From contig OX597817.1 in assembly GCA_951406725.2 (NCBI GenBank), positions 169,074,001 to 169,138,000 of the forward strand: a stretch of DNA of 64,000 bases, read 5' to 3'. This stretch comes from Octopus vulgaris. Lineage: Eukaryota. The notes below the pieces were generated by a model, which worked only from the letters and a program-made list of their open reading frames with translations, searched no databases and had not been told where the DNA came from. Below, piece by piece: positions 12,121-24,933 of this stretch. Made by a program: the position numbers and the translations under genes. The first letter of the stretch is position 1, and every line of letters begins with the position of its first letter.

Positions 12121-12706
12121 ACATCAAATGGCTACTGGGGTTCACCCAAATAAAATAGGAATCGAAGAGATCCATAGATAAAAAATTTGTGCATTTCTTT
12201 CAAGAGTTGTCATGGCTGTAGAAGGGTCGGCTTCAATCAAGCATTTGAGTCTTGTGTTCTTTTGTATCAATCTTTCCTTCTTCTTTAAATTGTCTATACA
12301 CATAATAAGCTGTTGCTTTTGGAAGTTCCGTCAAGTGTGCCCAGCGCATGCCAAAACAACAATGGCAGAACAATTCTGTTGTTCCATGACTTTCTTTTTG
12401 TCGAATCAGTTTGCTATTTACCTCAAAAATTAAGAAGAGGATTAGATTTTCAAGCAAAGTTTTTTTTCAAAAAATGAAATGTTAAATCCACTTTGTCAAC
12501 TGCTTAAAATTAGTCTCAATTTATCTGAAAGACCCTGTACGTATATTATATGAGAGAAAGAAATAGGTGACAAATATATGAAGTGATGCCGTGTGACAAC
12601 AAATGGCACACTTCATCAAAGTAACTTCCCCTTAAACTTTCTTAATATCTCTCTTGATTAATAAAGTGTTCACACACCACAGCTTATGAGTCACCTCTCC
12701 CTAGAT

Positions 12707-12982
12707 CAGTGGTTTTCAACCAGGGTTCCGCCAGTACAGTCCAGGGGTTCCGCAAGAAGTGACAAAACTGCTAAAATCGGCAGCAATTTTTAATTCTCCT
12801 GTGGAGATTTACTCTTTTACTTGTTTCAGTCATTTGACTGCGGCCATGCTGGAGCACCGCCTTTAGTCGAGCAAATCGACTTTGTAAGCCCAGTACTTAT
12901 TCCATCGATCTCTTGCCGAACCGCTAAGTGACGGGGACGTAAACACACCAGCATCGGTTGTCAAGCAATGCTAGGGGGACAA

Positions 12983-13023
<41 letters not shown>

Positions 13024-13287
13024 CGACAGGCTTCTTTCAGTTTCCATCTACCAAATCCACTCACAAGGCATTGGTCAGCCCGGGGCTATAGCAGAAGACA
13101 CTTGCCCAAGATGCCACGCAGTGGGACTGAACCCAGAACCATGTGGTTGGTTAGCAAGCTACTTACCACACAGCCACTCCTGCGCCTAATGTGTGCATAA
13201 GACTATTAAATTGTTGCACAGGGGTTCCTCGAGCCAGTGGAATGTTTCCTTGGGGTTCCGCTCCAGCAAAAAGTTTGAAAAGCACTG
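12707..13287. mobile_element. hAT (Charlie-type) MITE containing a nested SINE
   Basis: TIRs cagtggttttcaacc / gtttgaaaagcactg; 8-bp TSD ccctagat / ctctagat. Confidence 0.82.
12811..13187 (-). mobile_element. SINE family A
   Basis: Full-length copy nested in the hAT MITE. Confidence 0.88.
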
Positions 13288-13802
13288 CTCTAGATCAACA
13301 CTGCCAACTTCGCAACTAAAACTCTCAAGTTACATCCAACCATTTTTAAAAATGACATGTTGGATAATGTGCACCTGATTCTTATACATAAAAGGCAAGA
13401 TGGCTATGGTTGGAACTCCTTTGATCACAGGTCTGCTTACTGAGGGGGCAATCTGGAGCTAAACAGTATCAAACTCTCTTTAGATTAACATATTACTGAC
13501 TGACCACCACTTAAGGCCTCTTGATTGACCATTTGATACTCATTGCGTTATTGTTGTGGTAGGTATTTCATGCCAACTGATCATTAATCTGGGAGTGATG
13601 TGTCTACATGATAAGGGGTCAGTTATATTTGAAACAGTAATAGCTATTTTATAACATCAACAAAGAGAATTGGAGGGGAAAACTGTACAAGCTGGATATC
13701 AAGTAATTTTAGACAGATGGCCATAGCTGCCTTTGGTCGTTACAATTCCTGTAAACTGAAAGGGAAAGGGTGAGAAGCAATAAAAGTAAACAAGGAACTC
13801 AC

Positions 13803-14080
13803 ATCATCGTTATCACAGCCAACCATATCTCCATAGGAAACATTATTACATATACAGTAACGGGGTTCGTTCGGGTCTTGCCAATCAACAGGCTGACCAT
13901 TCTCATCAACTATCTGAAGTTCATTTGAATATTCCTCGGCCCCTATCTGCGGTGAGGAGATGGTTGTATTTGAACTACTACCCACCACCAGATGGGCAGG
14001 TTGAATCTGTGCTGGTTGTGTCTGCTGCTGCTGCTGCGGCTGCGGCTGCTGCTGTGGCTGCGGCAGTGGTGGTGGTGGTG

Positions 14081-14129
<49 letters not shown>

Positions 14130-14209
14130 AGATGGTGGTGGTAGTGGTTGTTGTTGCTGCTGTTGCTGTTGTTGCTGCTGTTGCTGCTGCTGCTGTTGTT
14201 GTTGTTGCT

Positions 14210-14241
<32 letters not shown>

Positions 14242-14349
14242 TGCTGCTGTTGCTGCTGAGCAGCCTGTTGGGCCACCACTGCTGCTTGTTGGTGCTGGTT
14301 GGCAGCAGCAACAGCAGCAGCTGCCGCCGCCGCCGCTGCTTTTGACTGT
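13803..14349 (-). CDS. ING3: ING3 exon 10: polyAla, Q37-PLPPPS-Q16-polyP tract and first half of the PHD finger
   Basis: ttctctcttcaacag-type pyrimidine tract and acceptor, then A CAG TCA AAA...GAT GAT|gtgagt; 547 nt; [25 protein letters not shown]. Confidence 0.94.
14082..14258 (-). repeat. Coding (CAG/CAA)n: Q37 (14148-14258) and Q16 (14082-14129)
   Basis: Counted directly from the sequence. Confidence 0.95.
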
Positions 14350-14678
14350 CTGTTGAAGAGAAAGAAAACAAGACACGGTTACAATGCAGTACAGCAGAAA
14401 TAGGGTGGAGAAAATGTCATCTCATAACAGCCAATCTCCTTACAGTCACTACAAAATATTAGCCAGAAAACCAGGACGTTATCTTAGAAACTGTTGTAAA
14501 ACTTCACAAAATATTACCTACACTGGCAGTGCCCCAGCATGGCCACAGCTCGTGAGCTGAAACTAGTATCTATCTACACTCCAGGACAGAATTTCAAAAC
14601 TGGTCCTTTCTATACTTAAGTGCTACAGCTAACAGACTATTCAAAAAGAATTATCAGGGTATACTCTATGTTACTAAG

Positions 14679-15045
14679 TGAAGACGCATGGCTCAGTGGT
14701 TAGAGCATTGAGCTTACGATCGTGAGGTTGTGAGTTTGATTCCCAGACCAGGCTGCATGTTGTGTTCTTGAGCAAGACACTTTATTTCACATTGCTCCAG
14801 TCCACTCAGCTGTAGAAACAAGTTACATCACTCGTGCCAAGCTGTATCAGCCCCTTTGCCTTTCCCTTGGGTAACATCGGTGGCATGGAGAAGGGAGGGT
14901 ATGTATGGGCGACTGCTGGTCTTCCATAAAAACAATCCTAGGTGGTGCGTTCGCCGGTGAGACGACTTTCCACCTAGACTTGTACCCCAGAGGAGAACCT
15001 CTTAGGTGCACACATGGTCATTCATGGACCTACGGAGTCGAGTTT
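14679..15045 (+). mobile_element. tRNA-derived SINE family D-related
   Basis: tggctcagtggttagagc...gtttgattccc head and ttcttgagcaagacactt body; related inverted piece at 16860-17130. Confidence 0.75.
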
Positions 15046-16254
15046 ATTCTACGTTACTTGTATATCTCTAGATTTTGTAACAGCTAAAATCTAAACCCTG
15101 TAACCCTGACCTAACTACAGCAGATCCCAGATATTTATAGCTCTAAATGTGAGAAAACAAATGGTGAAGTTCACATATTTTGATAAGCCTGCATGCCATA
15201 AGGAGATGACAACTGACTTGTTTCTCTCTGCAAACCAGTATGATCACTCCATCATTTTACAAGCACACTTTATCAAAGATAACATAAGCCAAGATACCCT
15301 TTCTCCTTGAAGATGATATGAATGAAATTTGCCTGCTGTTTCTAGGATGCTAAGCAAATGCATAAAGGATCTTTGTAGTTTCTCTGAGCTTTGGTTTATA
15401 TTTATAAGAAAACATAGGGATCTTTTTTATCTTTGAGAGAAAACAGTTTATCAGAGGTTTGTCACAAACCTCAAAGTGTTTAGCAGTCTATTATTACCAT
15501 ACTAAGTTTCTACAAAATAGCCTGTTTCCCAACCATATCACGCAGTCAGAGACAAAATGGGATAGCAGAAAGTGAAAATAAAATACTTAAGTGAGTTCAA
15601 TAAACAGTCTGTAGAAATCTAGAACAACAGGTTTACCACAAGTACTATCATGAATACAGTACAAACATTCTAACACATATATACACAAGTGTTAACTAGT
15701 GTGCCTGGCAATTAGGATCAATTCTAGATGGTGCTAATGGCAGAAGTAGGGAGTTGTGAAAGCAGTAATTCTAACAGCTGTTCATTAAAGAGAGACAAAA
15801 CAGAGATGTAAGAAGCTGATATTAAAGCAATTATCTAACAATGAAAGTAGTAGAGTTGTTCCAAAACAAATATTTATCACTATGTAAGAAATAAGGCCTG
15901 ATTAGTGGTAGTAGTGGTGGTAACGACAGCAGTTCTGCTATATCACAACTAATATATACTATACAGTGGTCACTGGTCTAGTTGTGCCCTAAGTGTCTTT
16001 AGTGTCAGTGTTTATATGATCTCTAATCGAAATATTGGTTAATAGACGAGGGCTGATACACAATGCATAGTTTGATGTTTTGCAAAGGTGCTGATGATGG
16101 TAGTGTGGATGGTGAAGAGAAATTTAATTTAAAAAATAGGGTGAGAGAAAAGTTGACAGAATTAAACAAATAGATAAGAGTGGGGTGAGGAAAGGAAGAT
16201 TGCCACACAAAATGTTAGGGATGAAGCTTACTATCTGTGTATATAATGTATGCA

Positions 16255-16624
16255 TTATTGGTGGAAGCACTCCGTCGGTTACGACGACGAGGGTTCCGGT
16301 TGATCCGATCAACGGAACAGTCTGCTCGTGAAATTAACGTGTAAGTGGCTGAGCACTCCACAGACACGTGTACCCTTAACGTAGTTCTCGGGGATATTCA
16401 GCGTGACACAGAGAGTGACAAGGCCGGTCCCTTGAAATACAGGTACAACAGAAAGAGGAAGTAAGAGTGAGAGAAAGTTGTGGTGAAAGAGTACAGCCGG
16501 AGCCTCGTGGAGCTTTAGGTGTTTTCGCTCAATAAACACTCACAACGCCCGGTCTGGGAATCGAAACTGCGATCCTACGACCGCGAGTCCGCTGCCCTAA
16601 CCACTGGGCCATTGCGCCTCCACA
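16255..16624 (-). mobile_element. tRNA-derived SINE family D
   Basis: ggaggcgcaatggcccagtggttagggcagcggactcgcggtc...gtttcgattccc head. Confidence 0.82.
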
Positions 16625-18636
16625 TGCATTATTACACTACATGGGGATACATATACACACATTTACTCTGTGTATGACACAGGTATGGTCAAATGGTTAA
16701 GAAATCTGCTTCACAATCATGAAGTCTTGGGTTCAATCCTACTGTAGGTCAGTCTGAGACTGAAGATGGGTCAATAGAAACTATGTGGAAGCCTGTTGGA
16801 TGAATTGTAATTGTAATTCAAAAGGCCAGCCTTACCACACTGTTACATAGATTTTATCTGAGGATGGATAAAGAGTAAAGACTCCCTTCGGTCATAAATG
16901 ACCGTAGGATTGCACCTAGAAAGTTCCCCTCCAAGGCACCAGTCCAGGCAAGGTTGTTTATGGAAGACCAGCATACTAGCCCATGCATACTAGCCTTCTC
17001 TCTCCATGCCACTGATATTATCCAAGGGAAAGACAAAGGCCAATACAGCTTGGCATCAGTGATGTCACAACTGATTTCTACAGGTGAATGAACTGGAGCA
17101 ACATAAAATAAAGTGTCTTGCATGGCTCTAACTTTTGAGCCATGCGTATACAAGTCTGTGGAATGCTCAGCCACTGATATTATAATGCAATGAATAGCTA
17201 TTTCAAACATCGGAAATATTATCAAAGCCAACATAAGATTCATTTACTGTGAGTGTAGAATGTAAATGTGTGTAACTATACAACAGTTCTACCCTTACTT
17301 TGTGTATATAAAAGAAAAAAAAAAAAAAAAAGGACATAAAATAAAGCTCCTTCAAGAGTCACAGAGACTTATAAGGCCAGTTTCCCAGTTTCTGTGGTGA
17401 TTATATTCCCCCCATGGATAGAACACCAGCCCGTCACAGGAACTTTCATTTTTGCCAGCTAAGCAAACTGGAGCAACATGAAATGAAGTGCTTTGCTGCA
17501 GAGCGCATTACTCAGTTCAAGAATTGAAACCACAATCGTACAATGAGTCCAACACCCTAACCACTGAGCCACGTGCCTCCACTATTACTAAGTGTGTATG
17601 TGCATCTTTATCTTGGGACATAAACTCATTTGTGTGTGTATATGTATGCATACATGTATTCTGCTCTATATCTGTGTACATTGTCCACCACCACTACCAA
17701 CACGTAACGGTCATTTAACTATCTATAGCTAGAGTGTAATTAACTAGAAGTTGCCTTAGTTGCTAGTGAGAGATTAGTAAACATGAGACTGACATCAATA
17801 AAATCAAATGGTAACAACTGATTACATATCAAAACATTTAAAACAATTTGGCAAAAAAGAATATTCCGGACTATATACCTGACCATGTAAATAGAGCTGT
17901 GTGTATATAAATGTGTTAAGCACTTATCTACTCACCAATCACACTAAACAGCCTCCATATATAAAGTGAAGTACAAGATGGTATTTTGCTTAAATAATAT
18001 TTTAGCAAACAAGGATGTTGCAGAATCCACGCCCCCTTCCCAAGAACATTAGTTGGGAGTAAGAACAATCGAATAGCTTCAGCTGTGAATTGAAAAATTT
18101 GTCATAGATTCAGCTTGCTGGAAACCAACCTCCCATTGTTGAATAGTGTTCCTTTATAGTACTGCTGCTTCTAGCATCAGTTTGTTAAAAACTTATTTCT
18201 TTTAGTCCTGCTCAACAGTACATAGTCCGGTATATAGTCCAGCAACAACAATAACAACAACAAAATACGAACAAATTGATTGAAATACATATTACAAAAT
18301 TAAATAAGATGATATTGCTTTAAGTTGAAGTAATGGTATGTGGTCACTCCTGACCAGTATCCAGACCAAATTAATATCAATCAGAAAATACTGACCATGC
18401 AGCTAGATTATAGTAGTAGTAATAGTTAGAGGAGAGCAAGGTTAGTACTATGGCTGAAGGTGTGACTTGCTGAGAAGAACTCCTTCAGAAATGGTTTAGT
18501 AAAGGCAGGAAATGTGGTGTATTTGAACAAATTCCACAGGTAGTTCAGACGATTAGTTGGTCATGGTGGGATGGGAAGCAGTCAGTTGTTTGATCAACTA
18601 AACAGAGGAAGGATTGACCAGGTTTGAATTTCCTTC

Positions 18637-18968
18637 AAATGCCACCGTGTCGGTGGCACGTAAAAAGCACCATCTGAATCGTGGCCGAAGCCAGTGCCGC
18701 CTCGACTGGCTTCCGTGCAGGTGGCACGTAAAATGCACCAATCCGACCGTGGCCGATGCCAGCCTCGCCTGGCACCTGTGCAGGTGGCACGTAAAAAGCA
18801 CCCACTACACTCACGGAGTGGTTGGCGTTAGGAAGGGCATCCAGCTGTAGAAACATTGCCAGATAAGACCGGAGCCTGGTGCAGCCTTCTGGCTTCCCAG
18901 ATCCCCGGTTGAACCGTCCAACCCATGCTAGCATGGAGAACGGACGTTAAACGATGATGATGTTGATG
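18637..18968 (+). mobile_element. Repeat family B
   Basis: Same units and (GAT)n tail. Confidence 0.85.
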
Positions 18969-19856
18969 TAACTAATTCCATCAAGCATCAATGGCAACAA
19001 CCATAGACTACCTCTATCGCACAAGTCAGTGTCAGACTGATTTTAACTAAATGGTGATGTTCATCACCACTATTACCAAAGAGCAGAGTTCATCACAAAC
19101 ACGAAATGGTGTAAGTCACAAACTAATTAAATAGTTGTGTTTGTTCACCACTGACATTTGATACTAGTGTTCACCACTGATATTAAATGTTAGTGTTTAA
19201 CACAGACACTAAATAGTGGTCTGCATCACTGATATTAATTAGCAGCATTTATACCTGACATTAAATGTATCTGGGATCACAGGGACTTAATGATAATGTC
19301 TGCCCAGTGCCACACCAAAGATTCTCAGCACTGGGGTGCACAAAAAACACTTTTGGTATGCCCACCTTAATTTACAGGGAATGTAGGCTAGATGGAATTT
19401 TGTGCCTTTCCTACCTGCACCAGGCAAGTAATTTCTCTCTCTTGACCCTCCCCCATCGCTGCTATGCTTCTGGGTTCAAGACTGCTACTAAGCAGTGGTG
19501 TTTGCTACTGACATTCAATGGGACAGTCACAACAGATTCTCAATGTTGCACTCCCAACAACAAATCTAGAGTTTTTTAAAGGCATTGAATATCTAAAACA
19601 TATTCTGGTCATTTAGACTGTGCCATACTGACTGCAAACATTGTTCACTATACCATAATGACCATTAACATCGCCCATCATGTTATACTAACTATAAATA
19701 CTGTCACACTCTAGTACGATCCCTCACTGTGTTTATAGCTAAACATAATCACACCTTTGTTTTCAGTGTCATATATTGACCATAAATACTGCTTTTCTAT
19801 GGTATCGTGACACTGCACACAGTGAAGTATGAGTGAACATTGATTGCATTTGTCAT

Positions 19857-20084
19857 TTAACCCTTTAGTATTTAAACCGGCCATACCCGGCCAAAGTATT
19901 TAATTTGTTTTATGTTCAAACTGACCAGATCCAGGCTCTCACACCTACCCTACAATGTTATTCTACATTAAGTAATTACACCATCAAGATCTTGAAGATA
20001 TGAGATAATGCATGATTAATTCAAATCAATGGGAATCAATAGGCATTATGTTTGATAGAATAATCTGAACACTTAAAGGGTTAA
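19857..20084. mobile_element. piggyBac-type MITE family 2
   Basis: TTAA|ccctttag ... taaaggg|TTAA; related copies at 2557-2640, 33096-34420 and 48106-48334. Confidence 0.8.
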
Positions 20085-20541
20085 AGTGATCCAACTGTCT
20101 GACAACACTACCATCAGGTTGTTCACACCACTAGACTAGCTGTAGCAACAAGGAGAAAGAGTGAGTAGGAATGATATAAAAGACGTGAAATAATGTTAGT
20201 TTGGCATTAATCTAGGAGGAAACAGAAATTGCAACATTTACAGTAGGCAACAGGGACAGAAGCTGACAGTTAAGTCACACGGTACAAACAACTTCTGTGG
20301 TAGCTAGCACACCAAGCTCCACTATTCTTTGTATGGTATGAATAACTGACAACTTTGTTTTTGTTTTCTTTTTTTTTTTTAACGAAGAAGGAATGAATGA
20401 TTGTAAATGCAATTAACCAAACATCCATGTGTATATGTATACATGTGTATGTGTATACATGTGTATGTGTGAATGTAAATATCTATAAACGTTCTTAAAT
20501 TCAAATATACATACGCATGGATGTTAAGTTCTTAAATGAAA

Positions 20542-20584
<43 letters not shown>

Positions 20585-20778
20585 AACATATATATATAAT
20601 GGATGTATACATGTAGTTTCACATGCACACAGATACACATATACACAAAGTCACACACACGCACGCACACATACATACTCATTCACTTGCATCCATTCTG
20701 TTATATGAATATAAATAAATTTTTAAAAAATAAAAATAAAAAAAAAAAAAAAAAACAGAGGCACTTAGAAAGACTCAC

Positions 20779-20793
20779 TTGGTTATTCGCCGC
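20779..20793 (-). CDS. ING3: Candidate 15-nt ING3 microexon (junction reads RSKK-RRITK-QSK)
   Basis: ccctctctacatttcctcctcatttaaacag|GCGGCGAATAACCAA|gtgagt; frame-preserving and stop-free in phase 2. Confidence 0.65.
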
Positions 20794-21768
20794 CTGTTTA
20801 AATGAGGAGGAAATGTAGAGAGGGAATTTAGAATTTAGACCAAACAGTCAGGAAGAAATTGAAAATGAGGCATAATTTTAATGACAAAGAAGGTTTAGCT
20901 GCAAATGAAGAAGCTGTATTTTAACGGGTTCACACTAAACAGTTACCATAGCAACAGATAAGATATAGCTCAAATGACATGTATACGTGTATGGGGGGAA
21001 AAAAATAAATAACCTGCCACATTACTTAACGTTTCAAATAAATAAATAAATAAATAAATAAATGCACATGCTGATAGCTTTGTTAATGGGTATCAAATGC
21101 AAACCCTTTCTTTCTCTTTCACTCTCATAATGAATTCACTAGGGTACGTTAAAACTAGTAACAAGCATTCTACACACACACACACACACACACACACAAA
21201 TATGTTGGTAACATGCTGCAAAGATGGATATGTAAGTGTGTGTGTGTGTATATATATATATATGTATACATATATATATATGTGCACAAATACACACACA
21301 CACATATATATAAATATATATATATATACATATATAAATATATATAAAGAGAACAGCAAGCATAAGTGCATAAAAAAAGAGACATTTAACATTGAAATAC
21401 TTTGACATGGAGATCAAACAAAATTATACATTTTGATTTTAAAAAAAAACAATTTTGAACACATAAGTAGTAAACTGGAATGAATTGTACAGATCAGCTG
21501 AATCAAGTCTAATCTAGAAATACACATTATAATTTTAAACTATTTGAAATTTGTGTCAGCACCTAGCAGAGCACAGAGAGAGAGAGAGATAGGATGACTG
21601 CTATTTGAAAAGCCTTCTACTTGGATAATTTAAGATCTATGGTAAGGGGAGTAATTCTTCAAAAGGCTGCTATACTTGGTATTGTTTTATAACAGTTGAT
21701 TTGGTGAAACAACTTTACAATTCAAAGCTAATAGCTATAGTTTAATAGTGATCTATCAGTGGACCTGT

Positions 21769-22000
21769 CATTGACATCTCAGTCGTTCAGCGATAGTGTA
21801 AGACAAAAGTAGGAAAAGAAAACTGAATAGACATGATAAGAAATTTCAGCCACTCATGGAAAGATATCGATTATCAAAAGAAATTATTGTGGCATTGACA
21901 TTTCAGTCGTCCATCCATGGTTTAAGACGAAAGTAGGGAAAGAAAACTGAATAGATACTTTCAGCCATTCATTGAAAGATATCAATTATCAAAAGAAATT
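21769..22000. repeat. Diverged ~120-bp tandem duplication
   Basis: cattgacat..cagtcgt...aagtagg..aagaaaactgaataga...tttcagcca...gaaagatatc.attatcaaaagaaatt occurs twice. Confidence 0.85.
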
Positions 22001-22920
22001 GTGGTCTCAATCTCCTTGGATAGCAAGGGGTACCTTCTTCACTATTGAGTTGCAAGTGGTAGGGAGTGCATCTAGCTGTAAAGATATCTGCTCCAACATA
22101 ACCAAAATATATAAAGTTGTAACAACAAAACCCTCTTTCAAGGGACATTAAAATTCTTCAATTTTTGTTGTGATGAAAACAAAAATTGAAGGACTGCCTC
22201 AATCGGTGGTATCTGACAAATTTCATTAACAAGATTTAGAGAAACAGAAAAGATGATGTGAAGCACCTTATGAAATATAAAGGATCTATAGTAAATATGA
22301 AGCAAAGAAGATTGTAGAGATGACCTATAGAAATGGTTCTAATACTTAAAGAAAGCAAAAATTCAGATGAATTAAACAGAAACAGTTGTCAACAGAATAG
22401 GTATGAAGAATTTAAAGTAACAATGAAAAGTAAATTTCTCACAAAGGTAATATATAAAGTTTAAACTATTAGTGAAGTGGAAATTACAGCAGTGTCCAAT
22501 TGTATGGTCGATCCACTATGGAATGACATTATGCAATACAAAATTAGATCCATTGTAACAATGAGAGAACTCAATGAGAGAATTCATAATATTCATTCTA
22601 TGTTATGACAACTTGGCAAAGATAAAAAAAAATGTTTTACACATTCAAGTCATATATGAGGATTATACAAAAGTAATGCAAATGAGCAATATAACTTACT
22701 AACTACAATAGGTTATTCGAATTGCACATGTTGGTATAGTAACCCTTTTTACTTGTCTTACATTGTAGGCAAAAAATAGGTTTTAAATAGAAGCAATGTG
22801 CAATTATTGAGTTCCTGATGAAGGAGCGGTGCAGGATGTCCAGCGTCCACACAAGGTGGCAGGTCGTATAAGAAGATGACACCAGTGATAAGAGCAATGA
22901 GTACAAAAGAATGAAGAAGT

Positions 22921-23137
22921 TTAACCCTTTCGTTACCAGCCCGGCTGAAACCGGCTGTGGCTCTGTAGTACAAATGTCTTGTTTTCAGAAGTTTTGAATT
23001 AAAATCTTCCACCAAAACCTTAGTCATAATTTGTGTTCCCAACACTAGCTTAATGTTGACTAAGTTCTTTGTTATATTTAAAATAATTGAAAGAAACACA
23101 GAGCATCTCAAAATAAATACGGTAACAAAAGGGTTAA
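22921..23137. mobile_element. piggyBac-type MITE family 1
   Basis: TTAA|ccctttcgttacc ... ggtaacaaaaggg|TTAA. Confidence 0.82.
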
Positions 23138-23299
23138 AGGAGAAACCAGTAGTGAAGACAAACCATGCAACAGGAGACCATCTATTGTGACCCCCTGATA
23201 CAAATCACCAGCAAGTGGATGAACTGATAAGCATAGACAGATGAGTCACTGTCTGTGAGCTTGCTGAACCACTGGACTGTGGTCACAATGTTTAACAAA

Positions 23300-24070
23300 A
23301 GATGGGAAATTTTGGGTATCGTACAGTGTGTGCAAAATGGGTACTTTGGCAGTTGACATCTGATTTGAAGGAGAGAATAAAAGAAGTCTGATCTGATATG
23401 CTGGAAAGTGCTTGAAACGTGGGTACATGTCTAACATCTTGAAATGAAGACTCAGTCCATGGAATGGTGTGACATCTCTTTTGCCATAACTAAGAAGTTC
23501 AAGTGTCAAGCAACAGAATGTCATGGTAACTGTTCTAGGAGATGACAAAAGCATCCTTCTCCTTGATTTTCAGGAACACTGTTGTACTGCGAACCACAAG
23601 TGGTACAATGAAACACTCAAAAAGCTTAGAAAAGTTATCTAGAAGAAGAGACTGAACGAAAATCAGAAAACCATCTACATTCACTCTGGACAATGTATGA
23701 TCACACACATCGTTGGCAAGAAATCAGGTAATCCCCAGATTAGGCTGATTAGTGATCCCTCATCCACCATACAACTCAGATCTGGTGTTTGACTTTCACC
23801 TGTTTGGTCTACTGAAAGAAGGCCTTCAGAAACAATTTTGATGATACAGATGTGGTGAATTTAGCAGTGAAGAAGTGTGTACAACAGTGCACATCTGAAA
23901 TTTTTTTTCCAAAGAGGATTTGAGAGTTGGGTGCAACAATGATACAATTGCATCACATGTATTGTATAGAAGCAGAGTTACTCTACAAATATGCACAATT
24001 TGAATGATCTATACCAAGTTAATAAGAAATGTTATGCCCAGTTTGCTTTATTTTCAGTACAATCCTCATA
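23300..24070 (+). mobile_element. Highly decayed mariner transposase relic
   Basis: HPPYNSDL motif near 23761; MVTVLGDDKSILLLDF segment. Confidence 0.6.
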
Positions 24071-24527
24071 TTAACTTTAAAATACCACCACCATGACACT
24101 CCTAGTCTATGAGCCCTTAATGATTCTGGTGATAGGGACTCTCCTTCTCCTAACAACAAACTGTATAAAAACACACATCTTTGACTAACAGGGAAATTAT
24201 AGAAAAGACATAAGGTTCAACATATAATTTAATCAATACTGAAACAACATTAGTTCTTTCAGAGCCATATTATAAACAGCTCAAGCCATCACAAATAATG
24301 AAACAGCCATGTAACTGAAACTGGAGGTGACTGACAGTACCTCACGAATCGAGTGAAATACAGCTGAGACTTCAACTAAAGTTAAGATGACTGTGAAAGA
24401 GTTAGATTATACAAGATATGTTAGCATGGCTGGGGTGAAATAGTAATGAGTTTTACGACGGACACCGTTGAAAATTTACTTCTGGTTTTACTCAGTTACT
24501 ATCAAAACTTTTGCTAACTTTTTAGTT

Positions 24528-24933
24528 AGGCGCAGGAGTGGCTGTGTGGTAAGAAGCTTGCTAACCAACCACATGGTTCCGGGTTCAGTCCCACTGCGTG
24601 GCATCTTGGGCAAGTGTCTTCTGCTATAGCCCCGGGCCGACCAAAGCCTTGTAAGTGGATTTGGTAGACGGAAACTGAAAGAAGCCTGTCATATATATGT
24701 ATATATATATGTATGTGTGTGTTTGTGTGTCTGTGTTTGTCCCCCTAGCATTGCTTGACAACCGATGCTGGTGTGTTTATATCTCCGTCACTTAGCGGTT
24801 CGGCAAAAGAGACCGATAGAATAAGTACTGGGCTTACAAAGAATAAGTCCCGGGGTCGATTTGCTCGACTAAAGGTGGTGCTCCAGCATGGCCACAGTCA
24901 AATGACTGAAACAAGTAAAAGAGTAAAAGAGTA
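24528..24933 (+). mobile_element. SINE family A (full length)
   Basis: aggcgcaggagtggctgtgtggtaag... to (gtaaaaga)n tail. Confidence 0.9.

Noticed and set aside
13925-14376. Overlapping polyAla/Val, polyLeu, polySer/Asn and polyThr ORFs
   Set aside because: Alternative frames of the CAG/CAA repeat; only the Gln frame joins the PHD finger and matches the splice phases.
16540-16624. tRNA gene (also the heads at 24528, 14679 and 53935)
   Set aside because: The A/B boxes run into SINE bodies and the cloverleaf is incomplete.
17936-18082. Possible 147-nt cassette exon (minus strand, cacag...gtgagt) in intron 9
   Set aside because: Immediate stop in the required phase and no other support; it could only be a poison exon and cannot be told from chance splice-like sites.
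21093-21417. YI/CV/HT-rich ORFs (also at 3396-3729 and 33965-34393)
   Set aside because: Microsatellite translations.
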